A stretch of DNA of 53,117 nt from an uncultured Clostridia bacterium. Lineage in GTDB: Bacteria > Bacillota > Clostridia > TANB77 > CAG-508. The stretch lies in the NCBI GenBank assembly GCA_944393485.1, contig CALYAJ010000003.1:1-53117 (forward strand). Reading direction: 5' to 3'. The notes beneath the pieces were generated by a model, which was not told where the DNA came from, searched no databases, and worked only from the letters and a program-made list of their open reading frames with translations. Below, piece by piece: positions 27,202 to 38,059 of this stretch. Position 1 is the first letter of the stretch. Each line of letters begins with the position of its first letter. The position numbers and the translations under genes are program-made.

Positions 27202-29538
27202 TTGGATAAAGAAGAATTAAAAGGCTTGAATGATGAACAAGTACAAGAAAGAATAAAAGAAGGAAAAATAAATAAAGTAGAAGATGATAAAACAAGAACA
27301 AATTGGGAAATAATTCGTGATAATGTGTGCACATTATTTAACTTATTTAATTTATTAATAGCAATAGCTTTAATTGCAGTAAAAGCATATACAAATTTAG
27401 CATATATGCTGATAATTATAATAAATATAGTTATTGGAATAGCTCAAGAAATACATGCTAGAAATTTAGTGCAAAAGTTATCTGTATTAAAAGTTTCAAA
27501 AGCACTAGTTGTTAGAAATGGAAAAGAAAAAGAAATGAACATAGATGAAATTGTTCTAGATGATATAATCATTTTAGATGCTGGAAGACAAATATGTGCA
27601 GATTCTATAGTAGAAGAAGGAGAAGTTGAAGTAAATGAATCTTTACTTACAGGAGAATCTGACACAATATTAAAACAAAAAGGAGATAAATTATTATCAG
27701 GTAGTTATGTAGTTAGCGGAAAATGTTATTCTAAAGTAGAAAAAGTAGGAAAAGATAATTTTGCAGCACAAATTACCAGTGAAACTAAAAAATATAAAAG
27801 AGCAGAATCAGAGCTTGTTAATTCTATGAAAAAGGTAACACATTTTACAAGTTTTGTAATAATACCAGTAGGATTAATTCTATTTGTACAAGCATATTTC
27901 TTTAGAAATGTTGATATAACAAATTCTGTTGTTTCGACTGCAGCAGCACTTTTAGGAATGCTTCCAAAGGGACTTATGCTTTTGATTACAATATCACTTG
28001 CAACAGGTGTAATAAAACTTGCAAAAAAACGAGTATTAGTTCAAGATTTGTATAGTGTAGAAACATTAGCACATATAGATACTTTATGCCTAGATAAAAC
28101 AGGAACAATTACAGAAGGAAGAATGAAAGTAGACAGTGTAAATGTATATAATGAAAAATGTATGCCACATTCTTTACAAAAAATGATGACAGCATTTGTT
28201 AATGAAATGACAGATAATAATGCAACATTTATGGCACTTAAAGATTATTACAAAGGTGATGACAAATTTGAAGTTGCAGATACAATGGCATTTTCTTCTG
28301 AAAGAAAATGGAGTTCTATAAGCTTTAAAAACGAAGGATCAATAGTATTAGGAGCCCCAGAAAGATTAATAGAAAAAAGTAGTATGCAAATGCCCGAAGA
28401 AATAATATCAGCTCAAAAAGCTGGAAAAAGAATGTTATTTATAGCATATACAAGCAAAGTTGTAAGTGACGAAAATTTACCTAGCTTAGAGATTGTTGCT
28501 GCAATCACATTAGATGATCCATTAAGAAAAAATGCAAAAGAAATGCTAGGATTCTTCAAAAGACAAAATGTTGATATAAAAGTAATTTCTGGAGATAATC
28601 CATTAACAGTATCAAGCATTGCAAAAAAAGCAGGCTTAGAATCATATGATTCATATATTGATTTATCAAGTATAAGTTCAGATGATGAAATACCAGCATT
28701 AGTAGATAAATATAGTGTATTTGCAAGAGTTATGCCACATCAAAAAAGCATAATTGTAAAAGCACTTCAAGAAAAAGGACATTCAGTAGCTATGACAGGT
28801 GATGGAGTTAATGATGTAATAGCATTAAAACAAGCTGATTGTAGTATTACTCTACCAGAAGCATCTGATATTGCAAGACAAGTATCACAAATTGTATTAT
28901 TAAATTCAGATTTTAGTGTATTAAAAGATGTATTAATGGAAGGTAGAAGAGTTGTTAATAATATAACAAATGTAGCTAGAATATTCTTTATAAAAACAAT
29001 ATATTCAATGTTATTATCATTATTTAATATAATAACAAATACTGCATTCCCATTTATACCAATACAAATTACACTAATAGATTTAGTAATTGAAGGTTAT
29101 ACATCATTCTTCTTATCATTTAAAGAAAACTCTAAACCAATTAAAGGAACATTTTTACGAACAGTTATAAAAAATGCTCTGCCATATGCATTAGCAATAA
29201 TAGTAAGTATAGTTTTCTTAACATTTACAAGACAAGGACTAAACTTATCTGCTGAAGAAGCAGAAACTGCAATGTATTTGGCAATTGGAGGAATAAGTGT
29301 TTTGGCAGTAATAGAAGCATGTAGACCTTTTACAAAAATAAGTACATTTTTATGTACAACTACAGCTATTGGATATTTATTTGCAGTATTTTTATTTAAA
29401 AATTTATTACATTTAACACCAATAACAGAGAATATATTAATTATATTTATAGTTAATCTAATATTAGCTTATATATTTATTATAGGAATGAAAACATTAA
29501 TTAACAATTTAGGTAGAGAATTAAAAGATAAAATTTAA
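27202..29538 (+). CDS. Cation-transporting P-type ATPase (CtpE-like)
   Basis: LTGES, DKTGT phosphorylation motif, ISGDN, MTGDGVND; TTG start with AAGGAG RBS. Confidence 0.95.
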   Translation: MDKEELKGLNDEQVQERIKEGKINKVEDDKTRTNWEIIRDNVCTLFNLFNLLIAIALIAVKAYTNLAYMLIIIINIVIGIAQEIHARNLVQKLSVLKVSKALVVRNGKEKEMNIDEIVLDDIIILDAGRQICADSIVEEGEVEVNESLLTGESDTILKQKGDKLLSGSYVVSGKCYSKVEKVGKDNFAAQITSETKKYKRAESELVNSMKKVTHFTSFVIIPVGLILFVQAYFFRNVDITNSVVSTAAALLGMLPKGLMLLITISLATGVIKLAKKRVLVQDLYSVETLAHIDTLCLDKTGTITEGRMKVDSVNVYNEKCMPHSLQKMMTAFVNEMTDNNATFMALKDYYKGDDKFEVADTMAFSSERKWSSISFKNEGSIVLGAPERLIEKSSMQMPEEIISAQKAGKRMLFIAYTSKVVSDENLPSLEIVAAITLDDPLRKNAKEMLGFFKRQNVDIKVISGDNPLTVSSIAKKAGLESYDSYIDLSSISSDDEIPALVDKYSVFARVMPHQKSIIVKALQEKGHSVAMTGDGVNDVIALKQADCSITLPEASDIARQVSQIVLLNSDFSVLKDVLMEGRRVVNNITNVARIFFIKTIYSMLLSLFNIITNTAFPFIPIQITLIDLVIEGYTSFFLSFKENSKPIKGTFLRTVIKNALPYALAIIVSIVFLTFTRQGLNLSAEEAETAMYLAIGGISVLAVIEACRPFTKISTFLCTTTAIGYLFAVFLFKNLLHLTPITENILIIFIVNLILAYIFIIGMKTLINNLGRELKDKI

Positions 29539-29541
29539 ATT

Positions 29542-29580
29542 AAACAAAAAGTGTATCATCAAAGATACACTTTTTTGTTT
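29542..29580 (+). terminator. Intrinsic bidirectional terminator
   Basis: AAACAAAAAAGTGTATC ... GATACACTTTTTTGTTT. Confidence 0.85.
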
Positions 29581-29640
29581 ATAGTAGGTATAGAAAAAAA
29601 ATACAAAATGTGATAAAATATTTAAATAATCAAAAGATGA

Positions 29641-30441
29641 ATGGGTGAAAATATGATTTTTATTAATATTTGTTTAATAATATTTGCAATAATAGGTTTG
29701 CTTTTAATATATTCTGGAATATCTGGAATGTTGATGGATGTTACTAGAAAAAGAAAGATAAGAAAAAGAAGATTTGTAATACTAATATTAGGAATATTAG
29801 TAGATTTATTATGCTTTTTTGGAAAAGAGAATATTTTTATAGAATATTTATCAATATTTTTTGCAATAAGTTTTGTAATCTTTTTAATTGCAAATATAGG
29901 AATAAATTTTGTAAAACATAAAAAAGAATATAATGCGTTAATAGTTCTTGGCGGAATTTTAAGACATGGATATCAGTTAAGTGATGCAGTAAAAAGAAGA
30001 CTTGATTCAGCAATAAAAGTATATAAAAAGCAAAGCAAAAAGCCTAAAATTATTGTATCTGGTGGAATGATTCGTAAACAAGAACTAACAGAAGCAGAAG
30101 CAATGAAAAAATATCTAGTAGAAAAAGGGATAAGTGAATCAGATATAATAGAAGAAGGAAAATCTAAAAACACACTTGAAAATTTTAAGTTTTCAAAGAA
30201 AATATTGAATGAATTAAAAATAACAGAAAATATTGCATTTGTAACAAATAATTTTCATATTTTAAGATCAAAAATATATTCTAAAAAAGTTGGAATAAAA
30301 GCAGATGGAATTTCTTCACCAACTAGATGGTATTATTATCTAGATGCATTAATGAATGAATACTTAGCTTTATTAGTTTTATATAAATGGATTTTTATAA
30401 TTTATTTAATACTAGAAGTAATTTTAATAATATTAATTTAA
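29641..30441 (+). CDS. YdcF/ElyC/SanA (DUF218) family membrane protein
   Basis: LIVLGG, RRLD, IIVSGG, TEAEAM, SKNTLEN, VTNNFHILRS. Confidence 0.92.
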   Translation: MGENMIFINICLIIFAIIGLLLIYSGISGMLMDVTRKRKIRKRRFVILILGILVDLLCFFGKENIFIEYLSIFFAISFVIFLIANIGINFVKHKKEYNALIVLGGILRHGYQLSDAVKRRLDSAIKVYKKQSKKPKIIVSGGMIRKQELTEAEAMKKYLVEKGISESDIIEEGKSKNTLENFKFSKKILNELKITENIAFVTNNFHILRSKIYSKKVGIKADGISSPTRWYYYLDALMNEYLALLVLYKWIFIIYLILEVILIILI

Positions 30442-30452
30442 TGGAGGAAAAA

Positions 30453-31046
30453 ATGAAAAAGTATGGCTTTTTTGGAGGAGCATTTAATCCACCAACTATT
30501 GCCCATGAAAAGCTTGCAATAGAAATAGCGGAAAAATTTAATTTAGATAAAGTATTTTTTGTACCAGTAGGAAATTTTTATAAAAAGCAAGATTTAGCAG
30601 ATCAAAATAAAAGATTTGAAATGCTAAAATTAATTTCAAATGATAAAGTAGATGCATTACCAATAGAATTAAATATAAATAAAAATTTAAATACATCTGA
30701 AGCATTAGAACTTATAAATAATAATTATCAGGATGCAGAAAGATATTTTATCATGGGAGGAGACAATATAGAAAAATTGCCTACATGGCAAAATCCAGAA
30801 AAGTGTTTAAATGGAAATAAATTTATTGCAATAGAAAGAGGAAAGAATTTAGAAAAAGTAATACAAAGTGATGATTTACTAAAAAAATATTCTTCAAATA
30901 TATTTACTTTTAAGAATGATAATTTATCAACATATAATTCTACAGAAGTAAGAAATGCCATAAAAGCAGGAAAAGAAGATGTGGTTGATAAAATGTTAAA
31001 TAAGAAAGTGTATTCATATATAAAAATAGAAAATTTATATAAATAA
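30453..31046 (+). CDS. nadD: Nicotinate-nucleotide adenylyltransferase
   Basis: FGGAFNPPTIAH, FIMGGDN...W, NSTEVR; GGAGG RBS. Confidence 0.9.
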   Translation: MKKYGFFGGAFNPPTIAHEKLAIEIAEKFNLDKVFFVPVGNFYKKQDLADQNKRFEMLKLISNDKVDALPIELNINKNLNTSEALELINNNYQDAERYFIMGGDNIEKLPTWQNPEKCLNGNKFIAIERGKNLEKVIQSDDLLKKYSSNIFTFKNDNLSTYNSTEVRNAIKAGKEDVVDKMLNKKVYSYIKIENLYK

Positions 31047-31047
31047 G

Positions 31048-32178
31048 GTGGGAATTAGTTTGAAAATATTATTAGTAATGGATCAATACGAAAATGCCAA
31101 TAATGGCACTACAATTTCTGCGAGGCGTTTTGCAGAAGGATTACGAAAAAGAGGACATGAAGTAAAAATATTAACAACTGGAACTGAAGGAGAAGATAAA
31201 TTTATAGTAAAAACATTAAGATTGCCAATAGGAATTTCTAAAATAATAAAGTCACAAGGCATGAGTTTTGCAGTTCCTAATAAAGATAAAATAAAAGAAG
31301 CTTTGCAAGATGTCGATATTGTACATTTTTATATGCCATTTTGGCTATCTAGAGCTACATTAAAAATTGCAGAAGAATTAAAAATACCACATACAGCTGC
31401 ATTTCATGTACAACCAGAAAATATAACCTACACTATAAAATTAGGGAAAAATGATTTTGCAAATAAAAAAATATATAGTGAATTTAGAGATGATTTCTTT
31501 AATAAATTTAGACATATACATTGTCCAAGTAATTTTATTGCTGATGAATTAAAAGCAAATAATTATACAGCCAAACTACATGTAATATCTAATGGAATAG
31601 AAGATAAATTTAAGTATATACCTAAAACAAAACATGATAAAATTTATATAACAATGGTAGGAAGATTATCGGGAGAAAAGCGTCAAGATTTGTTGTTTGA
31701 AGCAATCAAAAAATCAAAATATGAAAAAGATATACAATTAGTTTTGGCAGGAAAAGGACCTAAATATAAACAATATGTAAAAATGGGAGAAGAACTTACA
31801 AATAAGCCAATAATAGAATTTGTAGATGAAAAAGAATTAATGAAAATTTTAGAGCAAACAGATTTATATGTACATACATCAGATGCAGAGATAGAAGCAA
31901 TTTCTTGTTTGGAAGCTGTTGCATGTGGGAATGTACCAATAATTGCAAATAGCAATAAATCTGCAACACCACAATTTGCTTTAGATGCAAGAAGTTTATT
32001 TGAAGCTGGAAATAGTGATGATTTGGCAAAGAAAATTGATATGTGGCTTGAAAATAAAGAAGAATTAGAAAGAATGAGAAAAGTTTATAGCGAAAGTGCT
32101 GAAAAATATAGAATAGAAAAAAGTATGGAGAAAATTGAGGAGATGTTTAAAGATGAAATTAAAGAATATAGTATTTAA
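31048..32178 (+). CDS. GT4 glycosyltransferase (probable diacylglycerol glucosyltransferase)
   Basis: NNGTTIS...RGHEV, VISNGI, VGRLSGEKRQD, EIEAISCLEA; adjacent to plsC-like gene. Confidence 0.9.
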   Translation: MGISLKILLVMDQYENANNGTTISARRFAEGLRKRGHEVKILTTGTEGEDKFIVKTLRLPIGISKIIKSQGMSFAVPNKDKIKEALQDVDIVHFYMPFWLSRATLKIAEELKIPHTAAFHVQPENITYTIKLGKNDFANKKIYSEFRDDFFNKFRHIHCPSNFIADELKANNYTAKLHVISNGIEDKFKYIPKTKHDKIYITMVGRLSGEKRQDLLFEAIKKSKYEKDIQLVLAGKGPKYKQYVKMGEELTNKPIIEFVDEKELMKILEQTDLYVHTSDAEIEAISCLEAVACGNVPIIANSNKSATPQFALDARSLFEAGNSDDLAKKIDMWLENKEELERMRKVYSESAEKYRIEKSMEKIEEMFKDEIKEYSI

Positions 32179-32845
32179 TTTTATATCAAATACTGTATAT
32201 TATTTAATTGGCTGGCCAATACTTACTGTTATAAACAAAATATTTTTAGGATATAAAATTATAGGAAAGGAAAATTTAAAAAAGGTACAAGGCGGAAAAG
32301 TAACTATATCAAACCATATGCATTATTTAGACTGTACTATGAATGGATTAATGAATTTTCCGGACTTTGTGCGTTTTGTAACATTGGAATCTAATTTTAA
32401 AATTCCAGTTGCCGGTTTTTTAATTAAATTATTAAAAGCAATTCCTATACCAACTGATAAATCTAAGAAAAAGTATTTTTATGAATATGTTTCTCGACTA
32501 TTGCAAGAAGGAGAAACGGTTCATATTTATCCAGAAGGTGAGCTTAAAGTATATAATCAAAATTTAATGGATTTTAAAAAAGGTGCATTTGTTTTTGCAG
32601 TGGAAAATAATGTGCCAGTAGTACCAACAGTATTTGTAATTACTAAGCCAGAAGGAATTTATAAATATTATAAAAAGAAACCGGTTATTACACAGTTTGT
32701 ACTAGAACCAATATATCCAGATTTAAGCATACCAAATAAATTAGATAGAATAGAAAATATGAAAAAGAAATCTTATATAAGAATGAAATATTATTTGGAA
32801 AATCCAAATATGGTAGAAGAAGAGGAAAAGGCAGAGGTAATCTAA
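32153..32845 (+). CDS. plsC: 1-acyl-sn-glycerol-3-phosphate acyltransferase family protein
   Basis: NHMHYLD (HxxxxD), IYPEG, FKKGAF, VPVVP. Confidence 0.88.
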   Translation: MKLKNIVFNFISNTVYYLIGWPILTVINKIFLGYKIIGKENLKKVQGGKVTISNHMHYLDCTMNGLMNFPDFVRFVTLESNFKIPVAGFLIKLLKAIPIPTDKSKKKYFYEYVSRLLQEGETVHIYPEGELKVYNQNLMDFKKGAFVFAVENNVPVVPTVFVITKPEGIYKYYKKKPVITQFVLEPIYPDLSIPNKLDRIENMKKKSYIRMKYYLENPNMVEEEEKAEVI

Positions 32846-32846
32846 G

Positions 32847-32872
32847 AAAGGCGACATAAGGTCGCCTTTTTC
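32847..32872 (+). terminator. Intrinsic terminator
   Basis: AAAGGCGAC-ATAAG-GTCGCCTTT followed by T run. Confidence 0.85.
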
Positions 32873-32873
32873 C

Positions 32874-32902
32874 TTGCAATATACTTACATTTATTATATA
32901 AT
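32874..32902 (+). promoter_or_regulatory. Sigma-A promoter of argS
   Basis: TTGCAA, 17 bp, TATAAT. Confidence 0.75.
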
Positions 32903-32938
32903 ATGCACGTAAAAAGGGATAAGGAAAAGGTGAAAAAA

Positions 32939-34645
32939 ATGATAAATTTTAAAGAAAAAATTGCAGAAAGTATAAGCAAAGTTACAAACATTTCTAAAGA
33001 AGAATTAGAAAATTATATAGAAAAACCAAAAGATAATAGAATGGGCGATTTTGCATTGCCTTGTTTTAAACTTGCAAAAGAAATGAAAAAACCACCAATG
33101 CAAATTGCAAACGAAATAAAGGAAGAAATAGAAGTACCTACAGAATATATAAAAAATATAGAAGTAGTTAATGGATTTTTAAATATATTTATAAATAATG
33201 AAACTCTTATACAAAACTTATTAGATGAGATGGAAAATAAAAAAGAAGAATATGGTTCTTCTAATATTGGAAATGGAAAAAATATAATTGTAGAATATTC
33301 ATCTCCAAATATTGCTAAACCATTTCATATTGGACATTTTAGAAATACAGTAATAGGAAGAGCTTTATACAATATGTATAAATTTTTAGGATATAATACT
33401 ATAGGTATAAATCATCTAGGAGATTGGGGAACACAATTTGGAAAATTAATCGAAGGTTATAAACGTTTTGGAGCAGAATATAATTTAGAAGAAAACCCAA
33501 TAGATGAATTAACAAAAATTTATGTAAGAATAAATGCACTATGTAAAGAAGATGAAAGTGTTCTAGAAGCATGCAGGGATAACTTTAAAAAGTTAGAAGA
33601 TGGAGATGAATATTGTACAGAGATTTGGAAAAAATTCAAGGAATTAAGCTTAAAAGAATTCCAAAGAATATATGATATATTAGATGTACATTTTGATTAC
33701 AACACAGGTGAATCATTCTATATAGATAAAATGCCAGAAGTAGTAGATATATTAAGAAAAAATAATAAATTAGTAGAATCAGAAGGTGCAGAGATTGTAG
33801 ATTTAGAATATAAAAATATGTCACCACTAATGGTAGTAAAATCTAATGGATCAACAACATATGCAGCACGTGATTTAGCAGCAATACTATATAGAGCAAG
33901 AACATATGATTTTGATAAATGTATATATGTTGTAGGATCAGAGCAAAACTTGCATTTTGAACAATTATTTGAAGTTGCAAAATATCTTGATTTAGACGAA
34001 AAATATGTAAATGGTTTAATACATGTAACATATGGTATGGTTAGGTTAAAAACAGGAAAAATGTCTACAAGAGAAGGAACAATGATAAAAGTAGAAGACC
34101 TTTTAAAAGAAGCCGTATCAAGAGCAAAAGTAATTATAGAAGGTAAAAATCCAAACTTAGAAGATAAAGACGATGTAGCAAAAAAAGTTGGAATTGGAGC
34201 TGTAATTTTTAATGATTTAGCAAATAATATAATTAAAGACGAAGTATTTGATTGGGATATAATGCTTAACTTCCAAGGAGAAACAGGACCATATATACAA
34301 TATATGTATGTAAGAACAAAAAGTGTAATGGAAAAAGCAAATTATACACCTAATAAAGATATGGTAGATTTAAACGAATTAGAAGAAAATGCAGAAGAAT
34401 TAGTAAAAAAATTATATGAATTTGAAGATACTATTAAACAAGCAACAGAAAAAAATGAACCATCAATAATATCTAGATATTTAATTGATATTGCTAAATT
34501 ATATGGAAATTTCTACAATGACAATAAAATAATGGTTGATGACGAAAAAGTTAGAAACACAAGATTATATTTAACATACATGGTTGGAAATGTACTAAAA
34601 ATAGGAACAGGACTATTGGGAATAAAAATGCCAAACAAAATGTAG
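32939..34645 (+). CDS. argS: Arginine--tRNA ligase
   Basis: SSPNIAKPFHIGH, NHLGDWGTQFG, KMSTREG, GETGPYIQY, C-terminal GIKMPNKM. Confidence 0.98.
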   Translation: MINFKEKIAESISKVTNISKEELENYIEKPKDNRMGDFALPCFKLAKEMKKPPMQIANEIKEEIEVPTEYIKNIEVVNGFLNIFINNETLIQNLLDEMENKKEEYGSSNIGNGKNIIVEYSSPNIAKPFHIGHFRNTVIGRALYNMYKFLGYNTIGINHLGDWGTQFGKLIEGYKRFGAEYNLEENPIDELTKIYVRINALCKEDESVLEACRDNFKKLEDGDEYCTEIWKKFKELSLKEFQRIYDILDVHFDYNTGESFYIDKMPEVVDILRKNNKLVESEGAEIVDLEYKNMSPLMVVKSNGSTTYAARDLAAILYRARTYDFDKCIYVVGSEQNLHFEQLFEVAKYLDLDEKYVNGLIHVTYGMVRLKTGKMSTREGTMIKVEDLLKEAVSRAKVIIEGKNPNLEDKDDVAKKVGIGAVIFNDLANNIIKDEVFDWDIMLNFQGETGPYIQYMYVRTKSVMEKANYTPNKDMVDLNELEENAEELVKKLYEFEDTIKQATEKNEPSIISRYLIDIAKLYGNFYNDNKIMVDDEKVRNTRLYLTYMVGNVLKIGTGLLGIKMPNKM

Positions 34646-34728
34646 TAAAAACGAATTAAAAATTTTGACATTAGCTAAAAGATACTACAGATAAGTATGG
34701 CTTATACAAAAAGGAGAGTAAGATATAT

Positions 34729-36093
34729 ATGAGAAAATATTTTGGAACAGATGGAATTAGAAGAATTGCAAATACAGAATTAACACCAGAACTAGTATAT
34801 AGAGTAGCAAAGGCTGGAGCATATGTTTTAGCAAAGCATTCAGACCATAGTCCAACTATTTTAATTGGTAGAGATACAAGAATTTCGGGAACACTTATAG
34901 AAAGTGCAATGACAGCAGGATTCTTAAGTTATGGTGCAAATGTAAAACAATTAGGAGTTTTACCAACACCAGCTGTAGCATATCTAACAAAAAAATTAAA
35001 AGCAGATGCAAGTGTTGTAATTTCTGCATCACATAATACTTATGAATTTAATGGTGTAAAATATTTTAGTAATAAAGGAACAAAAATACCAGATGATATA
35101 GAAGAAGAAATAGAAGAAGTTATGGATTCTGGAAAATTAGAAGAACTTACAGCATGCAACGAAAAAATAGGAATTTCTGAAAATGCAGAAGATTTAGTTG
35201 ATGAATATGTATATTTCTTTAGAAAAAACTTTGAAGAAATTATAGAAAAATACAATAGAGATGATTTTAAAGTTGTAATAGACACAGCAAATGGAGCAAC
35301 ATACCAAGTTGCAGAAAAAGTATTTTCTAAGTTAAAAATAAATCACAAAATTATAAACAATACACCAAATGGTATAAATATAAATAAAGATTGTGGATCT
35401 ACACATCTAGAAGGATTACAAAAATATGTTGTAGAAAATGGATATGATTTAGGAATTGCATATGATGGTGATGGAGATAGATGTCTTTTAGTAGATGAAA
35501 AAGGAGAAGTAATAGACGGAGATAAAATTTTAGCAATAGTATCTAATTACATGAAAGAAAAAGGAAAATTAAAAAATGATACATTAGTTGCAACAGTAAT
35601 GAGTAATTTGGGATTAGATATTTATGCTAAAGAAAATAAATTAACTTTAAAAAGAACAAAAGTCGGAGATAGATATGTACTAGAAGAAATGAAGAAAAAT
35701 GGATACAACTTAGGTGGAGAGCAATCAGGACATATAATTTTCTTAGATTACAATCCAACAGGAGATGGAATATTAACATCATTAATGTTTATTTCTATAT
35801 TATTAGAAAAAGGAGAAAAAGCAAGTAAATTAGAAGAAATAATAAAAATATACCCACAAGTATTAGTAGGTGCAAAAGTTTCTAATGATAAGAAATATGA
35901 TTTTGATAAAGATGCAGTAATTAGAAATACTATAGAAGATGTAGAAAAAGAATTTAAAGGAAATGGTAGAGTTTTAATTAGAGCATCTGGAACAGAGCCA
36001 TTAGTAAGAGTCATGATAGAAGGAAAAGACCAAGAATACATAACAGAAAAAGCAAAATCTATTGCTGAATTAATAGAAGAAAGATTAAAATAA
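34729..36093 (+). CDS. glmM: Phosphoglucosamine mutase
   Basis: YFGTDGIR, ISASHN, DGDGDR, VGDRYV, GGEQSGH, RASGTEP. Confidence 0.97.
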   Translation: MRKYFGTDGIRRIANTELTPELVYRVAKAGAYVLAKHSDHSPTILIGRDTRISGTLIESAMTAGFLSYGANVKQLGVLPTPAVAYLTKKLKADASVVISASHNTYEFNGVKYFSNKGTKIPDDIEEEIEEVMDSGKLEELTACNEKIGISENAEDLVDEYVYFFRKNFEEIIEKYNRDDFKVVIDTANGATYQVAEKVFSKLKINHKIINNTPNGININKDCGSTHLEGLQKYVVENGYDLGIAYDGDGDRCLLVDEKGEVIDGDKILAIVSNYMKEKGKLKNDTLVATVMSNLGLDIYAKENKLTLKRTKVGDRYVLEEMKKNGYNLGGEQSGHIIFLDYNPTGDGILTSLMFISILLEKGEKASKLEEIIKIYPQVLVGAKVSNDKKYDFDKDAVIRNTIEDVEKEFKGNGRVLIRASGTEPLVRVMIEGKDQEYITEKAKSIAELIEERLK

Positions 36094-36109
36094 AAGGAAG
36101 ATGATGTAA

Positions 36110-37696
36110 ATGGATAAAAAAACATATTATGTAACAACACCAATTTATTACCCAAGTGGTAAATTTCATATTGGTAACACATATACAACAATATTTGCAA
36201 ACACAATGAAAAAATATAAAGAAAAACGCGGATATGATGTATATTTTTTAACAGGACTAGATGAACATGGTCAAAAAATTGGAACACTTGCACAAGAGCA
36301 AAATAAAACTCCACAAGAATATGTAGATGGAATGGCAGAATATGCTAAAGGCTTATGGAAAAAGATGAAAATAGAATATAGTGATTTTATAAGAACAACA
36401 GAGGAACGTCATACAAAAGTGGTAGAAGAAATATTTGAAAAACTTTTAAAACAAGGAGATATCTACAAAGGTGAATATGAGGGATGGTATTGCGTACCAT
36501 GTGAAACATATTTTACAGAAACACAACTAGTAGATGGAAAATGCCCAGACTGTGGAAGAGAAGTAAGAAAAATGAAAGAAGAGGCATATTTCTTTAATAT
36601 GAAGAAATATGCTGATAGATTAATTAAATTTTACGAAGAAAATCCTCATTTTATTGAACCAGAATATAGAAAAAATGAATTATTTAATAATTTCTTAAAA
36701 CCAGGATTAGAAGATTTATGTGTAACTCGTTCTACATTTGATTGGGGAGTACAAGTAAAAAGTGATCCAAAACATGTTGTTTATGTATGGCTTGATGCAT
36801 TAACAAACTATATTACAGCATTAGGTTATGGATCAGATGATGATACATTATTTAAAAAATATTGGCCAGCAGACTTACAAGTTGTTGGAAAAGATATAAT
36901 AAGATTCCACGGAATATATTGGCCAATATTCTTAATGGCATTAGATTTACCACTTCCTAAAAAAATATATGCACATGGATTTATAACAATGAAAGATGGG
37001 AAAATGTCAAAATCTAAAGGAAATGTAGTATATCCAGAAATGTTAGTAGATAGATATGGTTTAGATGCTACAAAATATTTCTTGTTAAGAGAATTTCCAT
37101 ATGGACAAGATGCAGTATTTTCACCAGAAGGTTTTGTAGAAAGATTTAATTATGATTTATGTAATGATTTAGGAAATCTATTAAACAGAACAATTGGCAT
37201 GGTAAATAAATATTTTGGAGGAGAAATACCAAAATATAATGGACAAGTAAATGATGTAGATAAAGACTTAGAAGAGTTTGCTATTACACAAATAAAAGCA
37301 GTAGAAGAAAAAATGGATGACTTACATTTATGTGATGCATTAGCAGAAATTTGGAATTTAATTTCTAGAACTAATAAATATATAGACGAAACAGCACCAT
37401 GGGCACTTTCTAAAGAAGAGGAAAAGAAAGAAGAATTAAAATCTGTAATGTATCATTTATGTGAAAATTTAAGAAAAATTGCAATATTAATAAGTCCATT
37501 TATGGAAGATACTTCAAATAGCATGTTTACTCAATTAGGACTTACAAATAAAGAATTACAAACGTGGGACAGTTTATATGAATACAATAAACTACCTGCA
37601 AACACAAAAGTTGTAGAAAAAGGAGAGCCTTTATTTGTAAGACTAGATATGGAAGAAGAAGTAAATTATATAAAAGAACAAATGAAAGGAAAATAA
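36110..37696 (+). CDS. metG: Methionine--tRNA ligase (short form lacking the C-terminal tRNA-binding domain)
   Basis: [21 protein letters not shown], CxxC/CPDC zinc knuckle, [15 protein letters not shown]. Confidence 0.97.
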   Translation: MDKKTYYVTTPIYYPSGKFHIGNTYTTIFANTMKKYKEKRGYDVYFLTGLDEHGQKIGTLAQEQNKTPQEYVDGMAEYAKGLWKKMKIEYSDFIRTTEERHTKVVEEIFEKLLKQGDIYKGEYEGWYCVPCETYFTETQLVDGKCPDCGREVRKMKEEAYFFNMKKYADRLIKFYEENPHFIEPEYRKNELFNNFLKPGLEDLCVTRSTFDWGVQVKSDPKHVVYVWLDALTNYITALGYGSDDDTLFKKYWPADLQVVGKDIIRFHGIYWPIFLMALDLPLPKKIYAHGFITMKDGKMSKSKGNVVYPEMLVDRYGLDATKYFLLREFPYGQDAVFSPEGFVERFNYDLCNDLGNLLNRTIGMVNKYFGGEIPKYNGQVNDVDKDLEEFAITQIKAVEEKMDDLHLCDALAEIWNLISRTNKYIDETAPWALSKEEEKKEELKSVMYHLCENLRKIAILISPFMEDTSNSMFTQLGLTNKELQTWDSLYEYNKLPANTKVVEKGEPLFVRLDMEEEVNYIKEQMKGK

Positions 37697-37723
37697 TAAT
37701 TTATTAAAAGGAGGATAATTTAT

Positions 37724-38038
37724 TTGCAATTAGACCTATTAAATCAATTAACGGGGGAAAATTTTAAAGACTTTATAGAAGATTTTCAAAGGGAGCTAAC
37801 AAATAAATTAGATGAAATGGAAACTAAATTTACAGTAGATAGATTTGAAGGAAATATGGCTGTTCTGGAAAATAGAGAAACAGGAGAAATGATTAGTATA
37901 AATAAAGAAGAATTACCAGACAATGCTAAAGAAGGTACTATTTTAAAATTGGAAAATAACAAATATGAGATTGACATAGAAGAACAAGCAAAAGTTGAAG
38001 AAAGAATAAAAAATAAAATGAATAAGTTATGGAATTAA
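37724..38038 (+). CDS. DUF3006 domain protein
   Basis: VDRFEGNMAVLE...LPDNAKEG...; typical neighbour of ComEC-like MBL genes. Confidence 0.88.
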   Translation: MQLDLLNQLTGENFKDFIEDFQRELTNKLDEMETKFTVDRFEGNMAVLENRETGEMISINKEELPDNAKEGTILKLENNKYEIDIEEQAKVEERIKNKMNKLWN

Positions 38039-38059
38039 ACAAAAGATAGGAGTATTTAA

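Noticed and set aside
27024-27332. 102-aa minus-strand ORF
   Set aside because: Overlaps the ATPase start and upstream region, has no RBS and is low complexity.
30453-31046. TIAH in place of HxGH in NadD as a sign of inactivation
   Set aside because: (T/H)xxH is a known variant in active NMN/NaMN adenylyltransferases.
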